Shown here piece by piece: positions 8,095-13,194 of a stretch of 13,194 bases of DNA (within the stretch, counting starts at the first letter, position 1; each line of letters starts with the position of its first letter). This DNA comes from Octopus sinensis. Its lineage: Eukaryota. The stretch spans positions 1-13,194 of the forward strand of contig NW_021826188.1 in assembly GCF_006345805.1 (NCBI RefSeq), written 5' to 3'. The translations under genes were made by a program, and so were the position numbers. Below the pieces are notes generated by a model, which ran no database searches, was not told the DNA's origin, and was given only the letters and a program-made list of their open reading frames with translations.

Positions 8095-8698
8095 GTGTGG
8101 TGGAGTGAGGTGCCTCAGAATTTGGTGTAACGCAGTGTAAATATAGTACTGTATGGTATGAAGCAGTGCACTGCAATGCAGCGTGATTGGTGCAGCATAA
8201 TGTGGTGCAGTATGGTGTGGTGCACAATGGTGTGGTGCAGAATGCAGCGGTGCAGCATGCGGAGGTTTAGGATGATAATGTAGGATGGTTTGGTGCAGAA
8301 TGTAGTGGTATAGAATGCAGCGGTGCAGCGTGCAGTGATGCAGCACGGAGTGGTGCAACATGGTGTGTTGCAGCATTATGTGGTGCCACATACTCTAGTG
8401 TAGTATTTTGAGGTACTGTGTGGTTTGATGCAACAATGTAGCGCTGCAGCAAGCTGTGTTTCAACATGAAGCGGTGCAGCACGCTCTTGTACAGCCTGTC
8501 GGAGTACAGAACACTGTGGTGCTGTAGGTGTGTGGTGCTGTGCGTGTAGTATGGTGCAGCATGGTGTTGTATGTATTTTGTACTGCAGTATGGTGCACTG
8601 TTGTCTAGTGCAGTATTGTCCGGCACAATGAAATGTGACACATTTTAGTGGAGTTATGCGTAATACAGTGTGGTGTGTTAGGGTAAGTTGCAGCATTA
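8095..8698. repeat. Degenerate 5-nt-period satellite (GGTGC, AGCAT, AGTAT, GGTGT variants)
   Basis: Recurrent tggtgcagca / tgtggtgcag / gcggtgcagc blocks in a 5-nt register. Confidence 0.85.
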
Positions 8699-8862
8699 TG
8701 TGTGTGTGTGTGTGTGTGTGTGTTTGTGTGTGTGTTTGTGTGTGTTTGTGTGTGTGTGTGTGGGTATGTGTGTATGTGTGTGTGTGTGCGCGCGTGTGTG
8801 TGTGCGCGTGTGTGTGCGCGTGTGTGTGTTTGTGTGTGTGTGTGTGTGCGTGTGTGTGTGTG
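8699..8862. repeat. (GT)n microsatellite with GC/TT interruptions
   Basis: Mostly alternating purine-pyrimidine, about 165 bp. Confidence 0.98.
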
Positions 8863-9235
8863 TAACACAGTAGAGAGGCGCAGCTTGGCGTGTGAGAGAT
8901 TGTAAGGAAACCTATTAGTGCAGATGGAAAGATCTGTGAGGATTATGAATATGAAAATATGGCGCCTGCAGGAAGTGGTTTGTGGAGAAGAGACAAAGTG
9001 AAAAGTATTTAAGTCAGCTTAGGAAACACAGAAAGAAAAATAAATATATAAATATTTGGTCAGTTCCGTTTATTAGTGGAGGGAAGGGAAACGATGAAAA
9101 TGGAAGATAAAAAAAAATCATGGTCCGGATTGAAGGAAATCAGACCTGAAGCCTCTTCGGTCTTAACGACTGAATGTTTGCGGTACATGGAGAGAGGAAA
9201 CGCAGGTAATTTCACATCCTCCTCTCTTATCGCTC

Positions 9236-9345
9236 TCCTTCTCTCTCTCTCTCTCTCTCTCTTTGTTTATCATTAATCTCTTTCTATCTTGATTTCTATT
9301 TTCCACCTATGTCTCTCTTTTCACACTCTCTTTTCTCTCACTTTA

Positions 9346-9404
<59 letters not shown>

Positions 9405-9424
9405 TATAATTTTATCTGTTTATC

Positions 9425-9465
<41 letters not shown>

Positions 9466-9468
9466 CTG

Positions 9469-9521
<53 letters not shown>

Positions 9522-9590
9522 ATATATATATATATAATATATATATCATCTCTTTCTTTCTCTTCCTCTCCCTCTTTCTCCTCCTCTTCC
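9236..9590. repeat. Compound (CT)n, (TA)n, (GATA)n, (CT)n, (TA)n, CT-rich tract
   Basis: Direct reading; (GATA)n at about 9425-9465. Confidence 0.93.
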
Positions 9591-10164
9591 TAAGATAAGA
9601 CCGCAGCAATTGAGTGGCGAGAATTACAGACGAAGTAAGCCGTCGAGGAATAAGCAAAGCAGTGTGGCCTCGATCTGATAAATATATTCAGTAAACTGAC
9701 CCCCCAGAAGGGGAATTGAAGAAAGTGTCGTGATAATATTGCAGGGATTTTCCCTGGCGACTTGTGTGGAATGTACTGAGTTGGAAAAGGAAGGAGTTGG
9801 AAATGGAAGGAGCCGGAGAAGATCGCCATGAATGATTGACTAGTTCCTCTTTCCTCTTATAATTAAATATGGAGCAATGTTAAGCTAACGACGTAACCTC
9901 CACCAGTGTTGGTATGGCTAACATTCTGTGTGAGTGTGTGTATGATTAAGACGTTTGCTTTTACAAGCATCGCAAGTACGCGGTTTGAAGTTCGATTTCA
10001 ACAGCGAAGTTGCACTGAGAAAACGGTTCCTATCTTGACTTATTGCCGACCAATGACTTGGAAAGAGAGAGCTTTCGTTGGTGTTTGTACAATGGTTGTT
10101 GGGGATATTGGTGTCTTTTTATTCAAATATATATCGATTCACACACGCGAGTGCGTGCGCGTGC

Positions 10165-10168
10165 ACAT

Positions 10169-10218
<50 letters not shown>
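10165..10218. repeat. (CA)n microsatellite
   Basis: Direct reading. Confidence 0.98.
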
Positions 10219-10222
<4 letters not shown>

Positions 10223-10317
10223 CGTGATCGACCGGACATTTGGATGTTGTTATACATCGCTTATAATGTGCATGCGCTTTGCATCGTTTTAGCTTTCGAA
10301 TGATACCTATCCGCTGG

Positions 10318-10517
10318 CAAGTCAGGAGGGGCAACACAAATCTTGATGGAAAGGACAGTCGGTCGCCGAGTGTAACCCACTTACAGCTGAGTGGACTGGA
10401 GCAACGGAAAATAAAGTGTTTTGCTCAAAAATTTAACGTACCGCTCAGTTGGAGAATGGAACCCTCCATCTAGCGATCGTAAGTGTGGCACTCTGACCAC
10501 TGGACCACGCGCCTTCA
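10318..10517 (-). mobile_element. Family B tRNA-derived SINE, diverged short variant
   Basis: Homologous to 11560-11884 (acagctgagtg(g/a)actggagcaacg..aaataaagtg.tttgctcaa; shared 5' end gcgccttca). Lacks about 80 bp of the middle. Confidence 0.8.
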
Positions 10518-10519
10518 TT

Positions 10520-10557
10520 ATACATATATACACACCACACACACACATACATACATA

Positions 10558-10612
<55 letters not shown>
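10520..10612. repeat. (CA)/(TA)n microsatellite
   Basis: Direct reading. Confidence 0.95.
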
Positions 10613-10616
<4 letters not shown>

Positions 10617-10822
10617 TTTCAATATGTGACCTCGTGAGTACCACTGGCGATTTTTTTCCTCTGTCTTCCCTTCTCGGGATCTTTCCTTCTCCTATGTTTC
10701 CGACGAAGAGCTCCGCTCGAAACGTTAAACCCTCCTTCTTCTCTTCCTTCCTGAGCGTCCAATAATACTTTATTTGTTCCACGTCCTTGCGTTGTTGTGT
10801 TTTTTGGTTTTCTTGTTTGGAT

Positions 10823-10826
<4 letters not shown>
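10613..10826 (+). mobile_element. Pyrimidine-rich hammerhead-bearing element between (TA)n arrays; putative Penelope-like pseudo-LTR fragment
   Basis: Non-microsatellite island bounded by TA runs on both sides and containing the motif at 10696-10730. The classification is inference. Confidence 0.5.
10696..10730 (+). ncRNA. Minimal type I hammerhead-like motif (U4C variant)
   Basis: Stem I GUUU/AAAC; core CCGACGA plus one extra A; stem II GAGC-UCC-GCUC; GAAA; palindromic ACGU stem III; GUU triplet at 10724-10726. Confidence 0.6.
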
Positions 10827-10853
<27 letters not shown>

Positions 10854-11139
10854 CCCAATGTGAATATATGTAAACATATATACGCATATATTTATGCGTA
10901 AACGTGCGTAATATATCAAACATGTGTAAAACCTGTGTAGATTACAAATATGTGCAAGCAATCTTGACGATGATGATGATAATGAATGATTCCTTTTTGT
11001 GTTTTCTACAAATATACATACATATATATATATAGAATCAAAATAAGCAACAAGGATATCCAGAGGTAATGCAGTACGATCGTTTAGCAAACTAAGTTAA
11101 TAAGCAATTTTTATTTCACAATACTTAATTTATTATACA

Positions 11140-12835
11140 CTTACTATAAATCTTCTCTATTGAAGTTAATAAGGTGTATATACTTTACTATGGTTTTAGT
11201 GATTAGACTACCTTTATACTTTTTCTATGGTGCTCTACCCTACCTGATCATTTTATTATTTTATAATAGCCTTTAATAAATCTAATCTTTGTACCTCTAT
11301 TAAATCATATTTAGCTTATGTATTTAACAATACCGGTATCTCCATGACTTAAAATAACTCACTTTAATTAAATTAGTATATAGTTAACTTGTTCTTTAGC
11401 ATCAGTGTTCCTTTATTAAATACCAGTTAAACCCAATTGATCAATCTCCATAGACACTATCTAATAAGTTAATATTTAGATAAATAATAAGTATAAATAT
11501 TAAACTATTTTTATGTAATTTTTTTTTCCTCTCTCTATTGTGGTAAAATTTGGTATATAGGGTAAATGAATGACCATGGGATTGCACCTAGAAAGTTACC
11601 CTCCTAGACACAAGTCCGGGCAAGGTTGTTTATGGAAGACCAGCAGTCGCCCATGCATACCAGCCTCCCCTCTCCACGCCACCAGTGTTATCCAAGGGAA
11701 AGACAAAGGTCGATACAGCTTGGCACCAGTGACGTCGCAACTCATTTCTACAGCTGAGTGAACTGGAGCAACGTGAAATAAAGTGCTTTGCTCAAGAACA
11801 CAACACGCAGCCCGGTCCGGGATTCGAGCTCACAACCTCACGATCGTAAGCTCGACGCTCTAACCACTGAGCCATGCGCCTTCACTCAGACGTATTCAAA
11901 GGAGCTTTGCCCTTTTGTTATAATATCATTCGTAATAATCTTCTTGATTACCCTAAATTTTAACTTTATACAATATGGCAATATTGTTTGAAATGATCTT
12001 TAGAAATTACTTCATTTATCCCTTTATTAAAGTGCTCTACCTTCCTGATTTTAGTATTTATAAGGGGCTTTATATAAGTAGCCCTTCTAATAAACTATAA
12101 ATATCACGTATAATAACTTCTAAATCCTATAATATAACCCTTAGTTTTAAAAAATTAGTGTAAAATTAGAATGTCCCATAACATTCCCTTAGCTAAAACC
12201 AGGTATCAGTCTTTATTGATACTAGCTATATAAGTAAATATATAATTTTTGGTTTAGTACATTTTGAATTATACATTTTCTATAAATCTTCTCTATTGGT
12301 GTTAATATGTTACATATACTTTATCATGTTTTTAGTGATTCAGCTATTTTATTCCTTTTCTATGGTGTTCAACCCTACCTGATTATTTTATTTCTTTATT
12401 ATTTTATAATAGCCTTTATTTATTTATAAAATAAATCTAATATTTGTACCTCTATAAATTCATACTTAGCTTATATATAACAATACTGGTATATTTACTA
12501 ATTAAAATAAACTGCTTAGATTATAATTAAATTAATTTATAGTTAGCGTGTTCTTTTACCTCAGTACTCCTTTATTAAATACCAGTATATACGAATTGAT
12601 CAATATTCACTGATACCATCTGATAAGTTAGTATTTAAGTTTATAATATGTATAAATATTAAACTAATTCTGAATAAATTTTTTTCCTCTCTCTATTGTG
12701 GTAAAAGTTTGGTATATACTCAAAAGTATTCATAAAACATTGCATCATTTTGTTATAATTCTTCTTCTTAATAATCCTCTGAATAACCCGAAACTTTAAC
12801 TTTATACAATATAGCAGTATTGTTTAAAATATTTA
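11140..12835. repeat. Diverged AT-rich tandem duplication (period about 810-835 bp once the SINE is removed)
   Basis: Shared blocks: ctataaatcttctctattg (~11145/~12280), ctacctgat (11240/12375), cctttattaaataccagt (11410/12569), cctctctctattgtggtaaaa (11528/12686), tttaactttatacaatat (~11958/~12795). Confidence 0.9.
11560..11884 (-). mobile_element. Full-length family B tRNA-derived, CORE-type SINE (325 bp)
   Basis: On the minus strand: head ggcgcaTGGCTCAGTGGttagagcg (A-box) and gaGCTCGAATCC (B-box-like), then gtgttcttgagcaaagcactttattt..cagctgtagaaatg, which resembles the MIR CORE domain. Boundaries are fixed by the empty paralogous site at 12711-12725. Confidence 0.9.
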
Positions 12836-13194
12836 ACTATAGTACTACATTATAAGATTTCCCCTGTTTTCATTATCATTGGTCTGCTAGTGGCCGGGCC
12901 CCTTAATTGTTAGCTAACATCTTGATTTAAGTTTTCCTTTACCAAATCTCATGATATTGCTTCAAAATAAATCTTGATTTTTATAACGATAGCCACTATG
13001 ATTTCTGTCGACTCCCTCGGCCTTAGATATACAAGGATTTGATAAAACTAGTCTATAAATTAAAACTGACCCCATATAACAGTAACAAGCAAAATATGTA
13101 ACAAGTAATTTCTTCCTGATACCTTAGTAGCTTCTACGTAGAATGAAAGGCAGCATGTTCTTTGTCTATCTCCTTAACTTCTTCGAGATTCTAA

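Larger units (their letters stand above)
11140..13194 (-). pseudogene. Possible heavily decayed coding sequence of unknown identity (transposon or endogenous virus?)
   Basis: A-rich minus strand. One 20-codon block shows 5 synonymous changes among 9 differences between the duplicates. Many stops and indels; no recognisable domain. Confidence 0.3.

Noticed and set aside
9595-9634. Possible 40-nt exon after a CT-rich tract (cctaag|...cgaa|gtaagc)
   Set aside because: The pyrimidine tract is part of a microsatellite, the AAG acceptor is weak, and no homology is recognisable. Needs RNA-seq.
9906-10292. 128-aa ORF
   Set aside because: GTG start, ends in a (CA)n-derived TH repeat, and has no recognisable family features.
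11810-11884. tRNA gene on the minus strand
   Set aside because: A and B boxes are present, but the acceptor stem does not close and the sequence continues into a SINE body shared with 10318-10517.
12690-12735. Minus-strand peptide FEYIPNFYHNRERKK resembling the IS3/integrase C-terminal FEYIEVFYNR motif
   Set aside because: Short, low-information match with no upstream DDE motifs recognisable in frame.

Overview
Repeat-dense, AT-rich eukaryotic non-coding DNA. The SINE families resemble, from memory rather than a database search, those of octopus genomes. No protein-coding gene is supported; the listed ORFs mostly run through microsatellites or SINEs and none has a recognisable domain. Contents: (i) eight insertions of a tRNA-derived SINE (family A, 13 core units, several multimeric); (ii) two copies of a second tRNA/CORE-type SINE (family B); (iii) two fragments of a third SINE (family C), one split by a hAT-like MITE with an 8-bp TSD; (iv) many microsatellites and a 5-nt-period satellite; (v) a diverged AT-rich tandem duplication at 11.1-13.2 kb with a RIP-like dinucleotide signature and traces of a decayed minus-strand ORF. 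The most notable feature is a 233-bp near-perfect palindrome (6273-6505) in which each arm encodes a type I hammerhead ribozyme motif, one per strand. A second, different minimal hammerhead motif lies at 10696-10730. Both are most simply explained as Penelope-like element or retrozyme remnants.
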